A stretch of 63,648 nt of DNA, counting the filler, from Octopus bimaculoides (Eukaryota): assembly GCF_001194135.2 (NCBI RefSeq). It is 3 parts of 3 records of this genome, joined end to end, with 100 filler letters (N's around TTAATTAATTAA, not from the genome) between each part and the next. Parts side by side here need not be neighbours in the genome. Positions count along the whole stretch, not along the records: positions 19,229 to 45,109 come from NC_068983.1; positions 45,210 to 63,648 come from NC_069000.1; 1 more part is not named here. One strand, 5' to 3'. Shown piece after piece: positions 37,639 to 50,745 of the stretch. The notes under the pieces are model-generated. The model did no database searches. It had not been told where the DNA came from and saw only the letters and a program-made list of their open reading frames with translations. The position numbers were made by a program, and so were the translations under genes. Numbering within the stretch: the stretch's first letter is position 1; the number at the start of each line of letters is the position of its first letter.

Positions 37639-39290
37639 ATATACATATATATGTATATGTATGTATATAGGTAGAAGGTTGAAAAGGAATACACGAGTAG
37701 TTGATATATATGGAAAAAAAGTCAAGGTAGAAAATGATAAAATAATTTTATAAAAAAAACATTTCAGTACTTGTTTCAGTTATTGAGACTTTTTCAATTG
37801 AAAGTATGGAAAACAATTAAATTTTAGAGAAATTAAATGAAAAGTATTTTAAAAGAATATTTGCATTGTATTCAAATACAAGAGGTATTTTCCTTGTTTC
37901 TGCCTGTCTCTGTCTCTCTGGCTTACTTTTGTGGGTACGAGGTCGTTGTGAATTCTTAGCAGAGAAGAAGAAGAAGAAGAGGAAGAAGAAGAAGAAAATG
38001 CGGGAGTGCTATGATAGTAGTAGGTTGTTAAATGGTCAAGTGCCATGAAAGTGACTTGTGGATGGTAGGAGTGATTGAATTCTTGAGATATTTCTTTTGA
38101 AGGTATTGTTTATAATATTTGCATAGGTATTATTCTAAACAGCAGTAGTAGTAAAGTAAGGAAGGAGTTGGCGAAAAAGAAAAAGGAAACAGAGAAGAAG
38201 AGAAAGAACAATAAGAGAATGCAGGACGGTAGGGTAGTAGTAGGATGTTAACTGATCAAGTGACATAAAAGTGGCTCGTTGTGGATTACAGCAGTGATTG
38301 GGACTGTTTTTAATGAATTCTTGGGTAGCTCTTTTGAATGTATCATTTTTGATATTTACGTGTGTGTTATTCTAAGGTCGTGGTGGATATGTCATTTGTT
38401 GTAGATGTATTCAAAAGTGGTCTGTATTTTGTAATAAAGAGAGACTCTACTAATTCGTTGGCTACAGGTTGTATCGTCCCTGAATTGATAGAGGGAACAA
38501 ATTCTGAAGCTTGGATTTTCGTTATTGGCGCAAATGTCGATGTGTTGGCTGAATGCTATTTTTCTGTTTTTTTTTTTTAAATTTGGATCTGGGATCTGTG
38601 CAGAGCCATTCTTTGACGTAGACTGTTTTTTGTTTGGCCTATGTATTGCTCTTGACACACAGAGCAGGTTAGTGCATATACCAGGTTCTCCGAAGCACAT
38701 GTGAAGCTGATTTTCACTGTGAATCGTTGTGCCTGTTTGAAGGAGAATTCTGATCCCTCAATTAAATCGACGCATATCCCACAGTTGGGTCTTCCACATT
38801 TTTTTACTGACGGCTTCAGTGTTGTTGTTGAGCGTATTCGGGCATGTGTTAGCAGACTTTGCATAGATTTAGGCTTTGGGCTATATGTTGCTTTTTATGA
38901 TGGTGTGTGCTTGGAGGATTAAGTTCATTCTGTGGTCCGTTTTTAGCAGGGAAACGTTTTGAGAGATGGTGTCGAAGGCATTATTGTTAAGGGGGTTGTA
39001 TGTGGAGATGTATGATAGGGCTTTTGATGAAAGCGTAAATATGTTTATAATTAGAAGAGAAAAAATTTGACTATACCTGAAGTTTTCCATTGTTTTTTGT
39101 GATATAATATGTAAAGTAGAGACTTTTGCCTGCAGGAGCTCGGATATTTGAAAATACAAGTTTTGACGTGTGTCCAGGTTGGCCCTTTGAAGATTGTGTA
39201 TACATATAATAATCTGAAAGAATAAAAAGTTTATATAAATAAAAAAAGAAAACAAAAACAACATCTAATCTAAGTTCTTTTATTACCAAA
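37500..39290 (-). mobile_element. Penelope-like element, RT C-terminus and GIY-YIG endonuclease remnant
   Basis: ORF 38577-38864: KKCGRPNCGIC...FTCASENLVYALTCSVCQEQYIGQTKNSLRQRMALHRSQI (GIY-YIG). Upstream LSYISTYNPLN..F..I..N...L. Confidence 0.75.
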
Positions 39291-39436
39291 GGGGATGTTA
39301 CAGGAAGGGAATTACATTATTTCTTCTTCCAGCTATTCTAAATATGACGATCTGTATAGGCAAAATAAATATTGCTACACGGAACATCACAGTTACACCA
39401 GTAGCGGCAACGGCAACAGTAATAACAACAACAACA

Positions 39437-39449
39437 ACTACTACTACTG

Positions 39450-39518
<69 letters not shown>

Positions 39519-39521
39519 TAC
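39437..39521. repeat. (TAC)n microsatellite
   Basis: Near-perfect trinucleotide run; gives a spurious poly-Thr/poly-Tyr ORF. Confidence 0.95.
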
Positions 39522-40959
39522 AGTTCTTGAATTTAGCAAAATATCTAAATTTGCATATTATGTATTTGCATATAGAGATTTTCTCTAACCCGATGTACTA
39601 GGTTAATATCTGTATTGATTTCGAAGATATTTTAATTCAGAGATGTAATTAATATTACTTATTATAAAACATAATAAAATAAGTTATCTCTGCATGTTTT
39701 AAGTTGCGAAACAATTTTTGTGATAATAGATTTTCCAATTGTTAAATAAATTTTATCATACTATTTACACCCCCCCCCACACACACACCTACACACATAG
39801 AAGATTTGAGAACTTTCCACCTGAAATCCGAAAAAAGACTTTTGGTTTGGTTCACCAATCCTATTGGCTATGAATACATATTTATGGCAAAATAGTTATT
39901 CTCCTGTGAACTCATATCAAGGAAATATTCAGCAAATGTGCAGTTCACCCTGATGTCAGAGAGGTGATACTTAATCTATAAAATTTGCGTTTCTGTTATG
40001 CGTTTTGAGAAACATTTTACTTGATCTTTAGAGAAGATAGCAGATTTTGCTCAGAATCGAATATATTCCATTTTTGTCTAGAGTAAGGTGTTGCTTGTTT
40101 TTACCAAAATTTACCATTTATTGCAGCCAATATAGTGCTTTGATTTGAAATATTTTGGAATAGTTCCATTTTATATTACGTTTTCATTCTTTTGGCTTTC
40201 AATTTGTTTCATTTTTAATCTGTTAATATTCTTACAAATTAGATCACTGTCAAGTATATAAAAACTGAATTGTAGAATAATGGATAATGTTAATAACCCT
40301 TGGTGTAAAATATATTTTTCTAATCTAACCCTAACTTAAAAGTAAAAACCACTTTGAATTCGTAGTCTGTCTGGATGCACATTATTGGAAATTATTACTA
40401 TACACTAAAAAATAGTGATTTTCCCCACTCGCTACATTTGCCATCCGAATATGTATTGATCACTGCCAGTTAAAAAATGTAAGGTATAATGACTCCAGCG
40501 AAATATGTAACTAGCCATCGCCGATCATCAACCTGTAACGCTTTATTAAGCGAAATTTCTTGTATTGGTGAGTTTGAAACAAACCACAGGGGAAAATCTG
40601 GTAAGTTTGTAATTATATTACATAAATATCAGAAAATGGGCTTCTTAAGCCACACACTTTACGATTATAATATCTTCTATAGATACAAGTCCAATTTTAT
40701 ACAAGGTATATTTAATCAATCCCAAATATTTCTATTATCAACCTCATCCAGGTTCACATCCAAATTTCAGTAGGATTAAATTCTAGTTATCCCAAGCTGT
40801 TTCTCAGAGAAGAGAGGTGACATTAGAGAGGAAATGTACAACATACAATTTTCTTTACAAGTTCATCAGCGTTGTAGACAATGGAACACTTAATATTCAC
40901 CTAAACATTAGTTAGATAATAGTTTATGGAATATAAAATCATGATTGTAAGTAATTTAC

Positions 40960-41130
40960 CTGAATCGGAATATGAGAAGTTTTCCGGATAGGGTAAGAAA
41001 TGAGATCGATAATAAGACACATCCTTGTAAGATCCTCGTTGCCATGTATATTCACTATTCTCTGGACATTCCACGTTATAATCACAAAAATGTGGTTCTT
41101 TAAATTCACAGAAATGATGCGTAATACCAA
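40960..41130 (-). CDS. MAM-domain protein, exon A (N-terminal part of MAM repeat 1)
   Basis: Minus strand: ctttcaacag|TT acceptor and TCA G|gtaaat donor, 171 nt, phase 1-1. GITHHFCEFKEPHFCDYNVECPENSEYTWQRGSYKDVSYYRSHFLPYPENFSYSDS fits the MAM start C.F....C.Y......W.R. Confidence 0.7.
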
Positions 41131-41164
41131 CTGTTGAAAGAAATTATCAAAATATTGATTTCGA

Positions 41165-41370
41165 AATTTAGTACAATGCCAGCAATTTTGGAGGAGGGGT
41201 TAAGTCAAATACATCGACCACAATACTCAACAGATACTTATTTTATCAACTACGAAGAGCTGAAAGTCAAAATCGACCTTGGCAGATTTTGAACTCAGAA
41301 AGTAAAAACGGACAAAATACCGCTAAGCATTTTACTCGGCTTGCAAAAGATTCTGCAAGTTCTCTGCCTT
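41165..41370 (-). mobile_element. Third SINE family (TTTCATCCTTTCGGGGTCGATAAAATAAGTACC core, Deu/Nin-domain-like)
   Basis: Homologous copies at about 12890-13062 (-), 55490-55700 (+), 56860-57130 (-), 58260-58400 (-) and 60110-60270 (+). Domain name is from recall. Confidence 0.6.
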
Positions 41371-42389
41371 ATGATCAAAATATTAGTAGTTTTGCAAGAC
41401 AAAATGGTTAAATAGTAAAATCATAAAGTTTACTAAAATCATGGATTCTTAAGCAAAATATGACAATATCTGTTACGTCTTCTATTGAAGACGTACACAG
41501 ATAAAGTTAGTGTTAAAACATTTAACGTAATAAATAATATTAACTGCTGTATAAAAAAAAACTATCCTCATCAAATATGTAAGACTAAAAATTAACAATT
41601 GCAAAGAACATCTATATTTTCAAGAATATATTGACTAATATGAATGTCATACACTGCCAAAATCCCATTTGCATAGATCTGAAAAGTCTACATTTTACTT
41701 GAAATATTCTATTTGTAAAATTTTATATATTTCTTATTCCATTTAGAAACTTTCATTCCTTTTCTTTGCTTAAAATAATATAGAATCGTTAGAAAAAATA
41801 TTTCCTAATGAATAGAGTTCCTATTTCATTTCTTCAGTAATTTTTCATCATATCAAATATTATTAAGATTTTGGTAACTAATATGAATGATTACGTGAGA
41901 TAATGCTTAATACTCGTATTCATATGTAAATTTTACTTGTTTGAGAGTTATACGATCTAACGTTAGGACTCAAATGATGGACTCTTTGATTGGACATAAC
42001 TGGCTCTTTTATATGAGTATATGAGTACATGGCTCAATGACTCAGAAGTATATTTCTCAAGCACAAAATTCTGGAGTCAATCCCACTTTATTAGCATTTA
42101 GAGCAAGTCTCTTCAAAATTTTGAGTTACTTCAAGTTATGTAAGTGAAATTAGTAAATGGAAACGTGTGTAATACATGGCACACGTAATCTGAGTGCCCA
42201 CATCATCACAACGTATCATATTGAGACTGTCTGTCTGACGACAGTGGCAAATCCCNNNNNNNNNNNNNNNNNNNNNNNNNNNNNNNNNNNNNNNNNNNNN
42301 NNNNNNNNNNNNNNNNNNNNNNNNNNNNNNNNNNNNNNNNNNNNNNNNNNNNNNNATATATATATATATATTTGGCCAGATAGACTATA

Positions 42390-43430
42390 CAAAAGCGGAC
42401 AGGTGAAAGAACAATTCGAAGGGCAGGCAAAAGTGGCGTGTCATTCGTGACCTTCTTTCCTCAGTCAAATTACCATCTGTCCTTACTATTTTAGGCACTT
42501 ACACATGAAACAGTTCGACCTGGTTGCCACAAAAAACAGATGCAGGGAATAATATACGCCATTCACAAGGAAGGATGCAGAGCAGATGACCTGTTCCTCT
42601 GATCTCACACATCAGGAATGCGATGGAACGAATAGTTCGAAGGCAATTAATTGCATTCATTGAAGAGAATAACTCGCTGACTGACACCCAGCACGGTTTT
42701 CGACCAGGTGGAAGCTACTAGACACAACTCTTGCAGCACTACCCCTAGGTGCTAAAAGCAGCTGCTTAACTTTGGACATAATATATCTCGACTTTGCAAA
42801 AATCTTTGTATGATATGTCACAAGCTGCGTACTCTTGGCATAGTTGGAAAACTTGGATAATGCCTACACGATTTTCTAAAAGATCGAAGTGAGGTAGTGG
42901 TGACGATCGAGGCCACCTCCGAGGAACACAGATAATAAGTGGCATTTCACAGGGCAGTATCCTGGGGAAGGTGCTATTCATAGGCCCTCTCAGGCAAGCC
43001 CTCAACTGACAAGGTCGCCACTCCTTCTAGCTATGCAGATACTAATATTTCTCAGAAGCTACAGAGTCCATGAGACGTTGCCTATCGACAACGGGAGTTC
43101 GACGCAACATATACGTGGTTTGAGGAAAATAACATGCAGTTTAATGCTGAAAAATCTCACGCCCTGCGCTAACAACACATGCAGCTCAATGAAAAGAACA
43201 TGAGATACACTGGTCCAAGAGGGATTGCAATCCCTGAATCCCAATCAGTGCGTGACCTGAGCATCGACATGACTAATGATGCCACTTTCTAATTGCATAT
43301 TACTAAGTTGGCAATAAAATGCAGACGCTAAGCCGGATGGATCCTTCGGACTTTCAAAACGAGAAAACAGGAAACCACGAAGGTCTTCTGGAGGACATTC
43401 ATCCTCAGCCGTCAGAATTACTGCTTCCAA
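42390..43430 (+). mobile_element. CR1/L2-clade LINE RT fragment (degenerate)
   Basis: TQHGFRPGGSY*TQLLQHY, DIIYLDFAK, QGSILG, SYAD, FNAEKS, VRDL.IDM and GWILRTFKTR motifs. Confidence 0.75.
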
Positions 43431-43435
43431 CAGTT

Positions 43436-44184
43436 AGTTTTCCAAAGCTATAATGGAAGTGACAAGGGAGTATATTCGGTATAAACTGCTTTATCATTTC
43501 AATAAAAGCAACAAGGCAACGGAAAAGAATATCAATGCAGTATATAGGGTTCGTACAGTAAGCGTAAGTCAATGTCAACGGTGTTTCCAGAAATTCCGAG
43601 CAGGAAACTCCAGACTAGAAGACAAGTCCCGTCCTGGAAAAATCTATAGAACTCGACGAGGATGTCCTGCAAATGCTCATGGAACAAAATCGCATCGTAA
43701 CTGTTGGGGAATTAACAGAAAAGCTTGGATTTAGTCATTCAACTATCCAGTGACACCTGCGCTAGAAGAAAAACGACCGTCTTTGGTTTCAAGACGAAAG
43801 ATGTTCTTAAATCAGGATAATGCTCGGCCACATACAGTGAGGATGACATTCCAAAGGCTAGAGAATTTTGGATGAAAAACAATGCCCCACCCACCAGATT
43901 CGCCTGGAATTACTCCATCTGTTGATCATTTATTCCGCAATCTTCAAAATCATTTGGATGGAAAAAATATGGCTTATGTAGAGGAGATCAGAACAGTACA
44001 AGAGGAGTATTTTTTGTTACGGACAAGTGAATTTTGGAAGAGGGGTCTTGTAAGTCTACCAGATAGATGGAAGAGCATTGTACAAAATGAAGGAGAGTAT
44101 ATTTTGCATTTAAAAGTACTGGGTTTATCTTAATTTTAAAAATAAAAGTATTAAAAAATCGTATTATTTGTAGGATGACCCAAT
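43436..44184 (+). mobile_element. Mariner transposon, internally deleted and degenerate
   Basis: IRYKLLYHFNKSNKATE..INAVY...SQCQRCFQKFRAGN..LEDKSRPG (HTH), QDNARPHT, PHPPDSPGITPSVDHLFRNLQNHL and LPDRWKSIVQNEGEY. Right TIR ...tattatttgtaggatgacccaat. Confidence 0.85.
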
Positions 44185-45153
44185 GTCTGTGTGTGTGTGT
44201 GTGGCTTTGGTCCGACTTGATAGGCTTTCTCCATATTAGCTACATACCATTTCAACTCAAGTCTAGCCATTCCCCTCCTATGGAAATTATACTATCTCCC
44301 CTCCTGGACTCCACATTAAACGCATCATCTCATACTTCTTTCCCAGAAATGTAATTCTTTGGAATTCTTCCTGCCTACCTTCCTCCTACCTACAGATTGC
44401 CAAATTATTCAGTAACTACATCAATCTCAAAAGAGTGAGAAAACCTGAAAAAAACTCTTGAGCACTGCTACACATAGACCTCTTCTAAATATTATACTAA
44501 CAGAATGTTATTTCACCATCTCAGTAGAATTTTTAAAATAGATAATATTTTACCATGATTAGGTAGAGGCAGGTAATTGTCATAATTCAGTTTTCACACT
44601 TACAGTCTGTATTGGTTAGTCTATAGGACAAGATGGTACCAGATTGGTGAGAATGACGGCGGCTATTCTGCTTGATATTTTGCTGGCAATTAGTTTAGAG
44701 GAACGGCAGCTGATGAAATATCAGTTGAGAAGCGAGGCAAGAGAGAGAGAGAGAGAGAGTAAGGATAGGAATGAGTAATTACATTTCTAGGAATGTAATC
44801 TACAACTTGTGCCGATATCTGTATGTATCAAGCGACAAAAAAGGCAAATTAGTGCTGGAACTAGATCTAATATCTGTGTGTAGCAACAGTACTGTCCCAA
44901 ATATGTGACCAGTAGTTTGTTGTGAATCTTCCTTGGGGCTTATAGAGACAAATTATATTCTGGACCCGAAGAATACTGCTTTATGGCACAGTCGTAAATG
45001 ATATCCTCAACCACTCAGATACGCTTGTATTGATGATGTCACGTCCCCTTTCCTCTCTTCCTGACACGTCAAGCCTTCCTCTCCACCCCCATCCACGCTG
45101 TACCCACCTNNNNNNNNNNNNNNNNNNNNNNNNNNNNNNNNNNNNNNNNNNNN

Positions 45154-45165
45154 TTAATTAATTAA
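45154..45165. other. Artificial assembly linker TTAATTAATTAA inside an N-gap
   Basis: Same as 19173-19184. Confidence 0.9.
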
Positions 45166-45311
45166 NNNNNNNNNNNNNNNNNNNNNNNNNNNNNNNNNNN
45201 NNNNNNNNNCAGGCTTACAAAGAATAAGTCCCGGGGTTGATTACTTCGACTATAAGGGCGTTGCTCCAGCATGGCCACAGTCAAATGACAAACAAGTAAA
45301 AGAATAAATGA

Positions 45312-45351
<40 letters not shown>

Positions 45352-46406
45352 GCGCGCGTGTAAGTGTGTGTATGAAAGACGCATGGGCCAGTGGTTAGGA
45401 CGTTTTTCTCAAGATTGCCTGGTCGTAGTTTCGTTTCCTGGACAGGCGCTTCGTTGTGCTCTTTTGCAAAACTCTTCACCTCACGTGGCTCAGCGATCAC
45501 CTCGATACCAGACGTGTGGTACACGGTGCATCTGTTCAGGGGTAATTATAGTTTGATGGAGGAAGCGACCTTATGTACAGCGCAGATATTTGATTACTAT
45601 AAACGAATCATTCTTCAGCAACAAATTCCAGAACAGGCTTTCTTGGACGTCTTTAATTTTTTAATCTTTTACTTGTTTTAAGCATGAGACTGCGGACATT
45701 CTGGAGTACCACCTTGAAGAATTTTTAGTCGAATAAAACACAACCCCAGTACTTTTATTTCTTAAAGCCTGGTGCCTATTCTATCGGTCTCGTTTTGCTT
45801 CGTTCAGTCTAGGTTCCCCAAATCCACTCAAAAGGATTTGGTCAGCCTGAGGCTATAGTAGAAGACACTTGCAAAAAAAGCCATGCAATGAGGCTGAACC
45901 CGGAACCATGTGGCTGGGCAGCAAATTTATTATCAGACCGGAAACCAATCTAAGTTTATTCATGGTGTATTTTGAGAAATATTTACTGCCAAAGCTTTCA
46001 GTAAACAAGTTACCGCTATATTCTGTCGTTGCTGCTATATTCTGTCGTGCGATTTCCTCGTCTCAGGACTGGAAATGTGGATTCGTTAGAGATTTTTTTG
46101 AAGTTTTGATACGTCGTAGCTTTTGCGCCTTTCTTGTCAAGAATGTATTAACGAACTGGGTAAATTCGAGTTTCTCGCATCTACTCTCGGGTAGAAATGA
46201 ATGTGTTTATGTACACACACCGATATATANNNNNNNNNNNNNNNNNNNNNNNNNNNNNNNNNNNNNNNNNNNNNNNNNNNNNNNNNNNNNNNNNNNNNNN
46301 NNNNNNNNNNNNNNNNNNNNNNNNNNNNNNNNNNNATTGTCTATATCTATCTAAACATTCAACATACATCAGCCACAGACATATTCTTTATATATACATA
46401 TATATT

Positions 46407-46443
<37 letters not shown>

Positions 46444-46566
46444 ATGCATATATGTATATATATTTAGCTTTGAATGTGCGCGTGCGTGTGTATTTATATA
46501 TATTGCGTATGTTCATATATTGGTAGAACATTTTATAGAACGGTGTAAGCAGAGAGAGAGAGGGGG

Positions 46567-46612
<46 letters not shown>

Positions 46613-46932
46613 GATAGAAACATCTATACAGAATCGACACATATAGAACTCAAACACATACACATACACACACACACAGGTACACACATGGCATCTATTA
46701 ATGTAGATCTTAGTGTATGTTTTTTTCTGAGAGTACAATAAACGGTTGTCTATTGACTTCGGAATAAGCTTGTGAAGTGGGTATCATATTTCTTGCATTG
46801 AATGTTAGCATGCCCCAAAACCTGTTATGCACACACACACGCACACACACACATTCCAGATACATTCATAAGAAAATACACGTGTTTATTTATAAATACA
46901 TACATATATGTATTTATGTACGAATATATATA

Positions 46933-47182
46933 TTTGGTTGGTGCACAATTATTGCGGCTTTTTTTCAACAAATTCTATTCAAGAAAAACAATAACAATAT
47001 TTAACGAAAACATCTTTAAATGACAGTCTGACCGTCTGCCAAGCAAATGGGAAGCAGTAATTGAAGTAGATGGTGAATATGCTCCGGAATAATCATTTAA
47101 AGATTTTTTTTATTACATGCTGTTACTGTTTTTATCGAATAAAATTTGTTGAAAAAACCTGTAATAATTATGCACCAACCCT
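46933..47182. mobile_element. Mariner-derived MITE (~250 bp)
   Basis: TIRs ttggttggtgcacaattattgcggc...aacaaatt and aatttgttgaaaaaacc...aattatgcaccaacc with TA flanks. Internal remnant LPSKWEAVIEVDGEYAPE* of a mariner C-terminus. Confidence 0.8.
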
Positions 47183-47257
47183 ATATATATATATATATGT
47201 GCACACACAAATATATGAATATATATATATATGCACATTTATATACATATGTAGGTA

Positions 47258-47288
<31 letters not shown>

Positions 47289-47386
47289 AAGCACAAACAC
47301 AGAATGGAAGAGGTCGATTAATATACACCCATCATACGCATGTTCGAATGCAAATAAACAACTAGAGGCACACGCATATATTCTTC

Positions 47387-47761
47387 AATTCTTTTATTCT
47401 TTTACTAGTTTCAGTTATTTGACTGGGCCATGCTGGAGTACCGCCTTTAGTCGAAACAAAATGAGCCCAGGACTTATTCTTTGCAAGCTTGCGACTTATT
47501 TTATCGGTCTCTTATCGAACCACTATGTTACAGGAACATAAACACACCAGCATCGGTTGTCAAGGGATGGTGGAGGGACAAACACAGACATATACATATA
47601 TACGACAAGCTTCTTTCAGTTTCCGTCTACCAAATCCACTCACAAGGCTTTGGTCGGCCCGCGGCTATAGTAGAAGACACTTGCCCAAGGTGCCACGCAG
47701 TGGGATTGAACCCGGAACCATGTGGTTGGGAAATAAGCTTCTTCCCACACAGCCACGCCTG
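47387..47761 (-). mobile_element. Full-length SINE (family of 6117), minus strand
   Basis: Reverse complement of head, microsatellite and tail. Confidence 0.85.
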
Positions 47762-48114
47762 TTCGTAAATAATATATATGTACATTTTTATATATAGATA
47801 TTGTATATGCATGTATAGGTATACATGCGCTTATGTGTGTATGTGTGTGGGTGTGTAAGTATGGGTGTGTATGTATGTATGTGTTTGTGTATGGATATGT
47901 TCGTGTATGTGTGTGCGTGCATATGTGTGTGTATTAATACATTTAGAAATATATACATGCATATCTGATATATTTAATATGTATAAAAATTAATAAATGA
48001 ATTACATAAAATGAGGAGTCACGTAGTCACCTGCATTAGCTTACATCTGTTTCTGATATTAGAAACTGCGCATCAAGCGGTGAATGACAAAATAGAATTC
48101 TTTATTTATTGAAG

Positions 48115-48335
48115 GCACATGGCCTCGTGGTTGGCAGGTTGCACTCACGATCGTGTTTTCGATTCCCCAGACCAGCTGCGCTTTGCCATTCTTGAATAAA
48201 ACACATCATTTCACGTTGCTCCAGTCCACTGAGCTATAAACGATTAGCTCTGCGATGGGCCGACTCTCCGTTCAGAAGGAAAGCCAGCGGGATGGAAGGC
48301 ATCATTTCAAGGGTATAGTAATACGAGAAAGCGCA
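48115..48335 (+). mobile_element. SINE, second family (homolog of 16998-17246)
   Basis: ggcacatggcctcgtggttggcagg...gttttcgattccc...tccagtccactgagcta...aaggg. Confidence 0.65.
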
Positions 48336-48681
48336 TAATGATCAGCGATGTGAATACAACAAACGATATTCAGTTTGTTATAGCGACATTACATTGTTTT
48401 CTACAAGAAAGAAACACGATGCTCTGGGTGCGTGGTTACCTACAGCAGAAACAGCTGTACGGCAATGAAGTTGATTGCTCGATTCGTGTTCGCCTGTCAT
48501 TGATTTATTACTTAATATTATGCTCCGTACTCACCTTATGTTTCATATTACAGAGCGAAGGACGTGATACCATTCACACCTTACTAATACCGTGAGGTAT
48601 AAGAACACCGAGTTCTAACATCTGGTCTTCACTGTCATGGATAAGTGGAAGCAATTAATGTAATGTACATACACGCGCAAG

Positions 48682-48920
48682 TACAAGAGTGGCTGTGTGG
48701 TAAAAAGCTTGCTTCCAAACCACATGGTTCTGGGTTCAGTCCCATTGCATGGCACCTTGGGCAAGTGTCTTCTATTATAGCCACGGGCCGATCATAGCCT
48801 TGTGGGTGTATTTGGTAGTCGGAAACTGTAAGAAGCCTGTCGTATATATATATCTATATATATGTGTGTCTGTGTATGTACGTATATTTATATTTACAGA
48901 TATGTAAGTATTTAAGTACA

Positions 48921-48974
<54 letters not shown>

Positions 48975-49172
48975 CATGTCTGTGCCAGTGTTTGTCCCTC
49001 ACCACGGTGTTGGTGTGTCCATGTGCCCGTAACTTAGCGATTCGGCAAAAAAACCGATAGAATAAGAACTATACCTAAAAACAAGTCCTGGGGTCGATTT
49101 GCTCGACTAAAACTCTCCAAGGCTGTGCTCTAGCATGGCTGCACTCAAGTGACTGATGCAAATAAAAGAAAA
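48682..49172 (+). mobile_element. Full-length SINE (family of 6117) with expanded internal (TG)n
   Basis: Head, expanded microsatellite and tail. Confidence 0.8.
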
Positions 49173-49499
49173 AAAAAGATACATTCACGCAGCCATACAC
49201 ACGCACGCGCGTATACTGAGTCACGCAACTTCTTTGTGGAGCAAAAGAGTCAAAGGTTTTTACATAGATTGCGCAACCCTTCAGTTCATCCTAACTTTAC
49301 CGAACCATGCAGTAACCACATACAGTCTTGACTCTACGCGCCAGACTTGCGTTGATTCCATAAAGGAAGATTTTGAGAACTTCCCCAGATGCCAAGACAA
49401 TCCTTGTTTCTTAGGACCCCCACCCCCACTCCAAGAAAGAAAAAAGAAAAAATTCTTAAGCTCTTTTCATATCAAGAAAACACAACTACACGGCATTTC

Positions 49500-49960
49500 A
49501 TCTAAATGAGAGTGGCACTGAGGCAGGGTTCTCACAGTCGCTCCAAATTCTGGGTTTTGCTATCATCATTGATCTGCCTCCTGGAGAAAACACATCTTTA
49601 GTATATCTAGAACCACGTCCCAAACATAAGCCCTTCACTTCAGGGCCAGAAAATATTTCACGTCTAGCAGTTGCTGATACTCTACAAGGGCCATGTGAGG
49701 CCCTCAGAGGAATACTACTTCCATACTCGAGACACTACTGTTACTGTAAACACTGAAATCCTAGAGTACACCTAGTGAAGGGCCAGTTGACTGATTTGCA
49801 TTCGATTATTAATACGAATCTTCACTCAGCCTCTGGCCCACACGTCTGCTGTCACCAAGCCCTCACTATTCTGTTGCTAATCTAATGGCCTCTAGTCCCC
49901 AGAGCTGGCTGCACATATTCATCTTTCAGTCAAGCACCCCGACTAACTGGTAACTGTACT
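49500..49960 (+). mobile_element. L2-like LINE 3' coding remnant
   Basis: SWRKHIFSISRTTSQ..ALHFRARKYFT resembles L2-clade post-RT motifs. Many stops. Confidence 0.4.
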
Positions 49961-50669
49961 TTTCGTTACTCATTTTGCGTCAACCCCGCTCGGCCCCGAA
50001 CAAACTCATATGCTCCTACTCCTCCCCCACCTACACAAAACATTGGACCTCTGGAATCTTTTCCGTGTTCGTGTCTTTTCCAAACGTGTTGCCATGCAAC
50101 AGTTAAAATAGAATATTGATAGCATCGACTTAACATCAAAAGGTGATCCATCTTTGAGGGCCTGCAAAGGACATGTGCGCCGCTCAGACTCAGAAAGTAC
50201 ACACACACGCATATATATACATATATAAATATATATATAATCTTTTACTTGTTTCAGTCATTAGATTGCGGCCATGTTGTGGCACTGTCTTCAAGAATTT
50301 TGAGCCGAATGAATCGGCCCCAGTACTTACAATCGTTTTGCTAAACTTGGTACTTATTCTATCGGTTACTTTTGCCGAACCGCTAAGTTACGGGAACGTA
50401 CACACACCAACACTGGTTGTCAAGCGGTAGGGCAGGACATAGACACAAAGACACACACACATATAACACATACACACACATCATATCCACTCATAATGCT
50501 TCTATTGAGATGCATTATCAACGATTTAATTAGCTTGCACGTGCCTTCCACAACCTCGGCCTGAGGCTATAGAAGACCCTTGACCAACGTGCCACGTAAT
50601 AGGACTAAACCCGGAACCAGGCGATTATAAAGCAAGCTTCTTACCACACAGTCATGCCTGCGCCAATGT

Positions 50670-50745
<76 letters not shown>

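Noticed and set aside
39344-39601. Poly-Thr 'mucin-like' ORF, and poly-Arg/Ile/Leu ORFs at 117-541 and 19327-19602
   Set aside because: Translations of (TAC)n, (AGA)n and (TAT)n microsatellites.
39797-40062. 'ENFPPEIRKKTFG' resembling an MFS E.FP.E.R loop, as a candidate SLC22 exon 4
   Set aside because: In-frame stops, no good acceptor in phase 0, and no transmembrane continuation.
48535-48550. Minus-strand ATG AAA CAT AAG|gtgagt as a possible first exon of the MAM gene
   Set aside because: Phase 0 does not match the phase-1 exon A without an unseen intervening exon, and it lies across an artificial linker.
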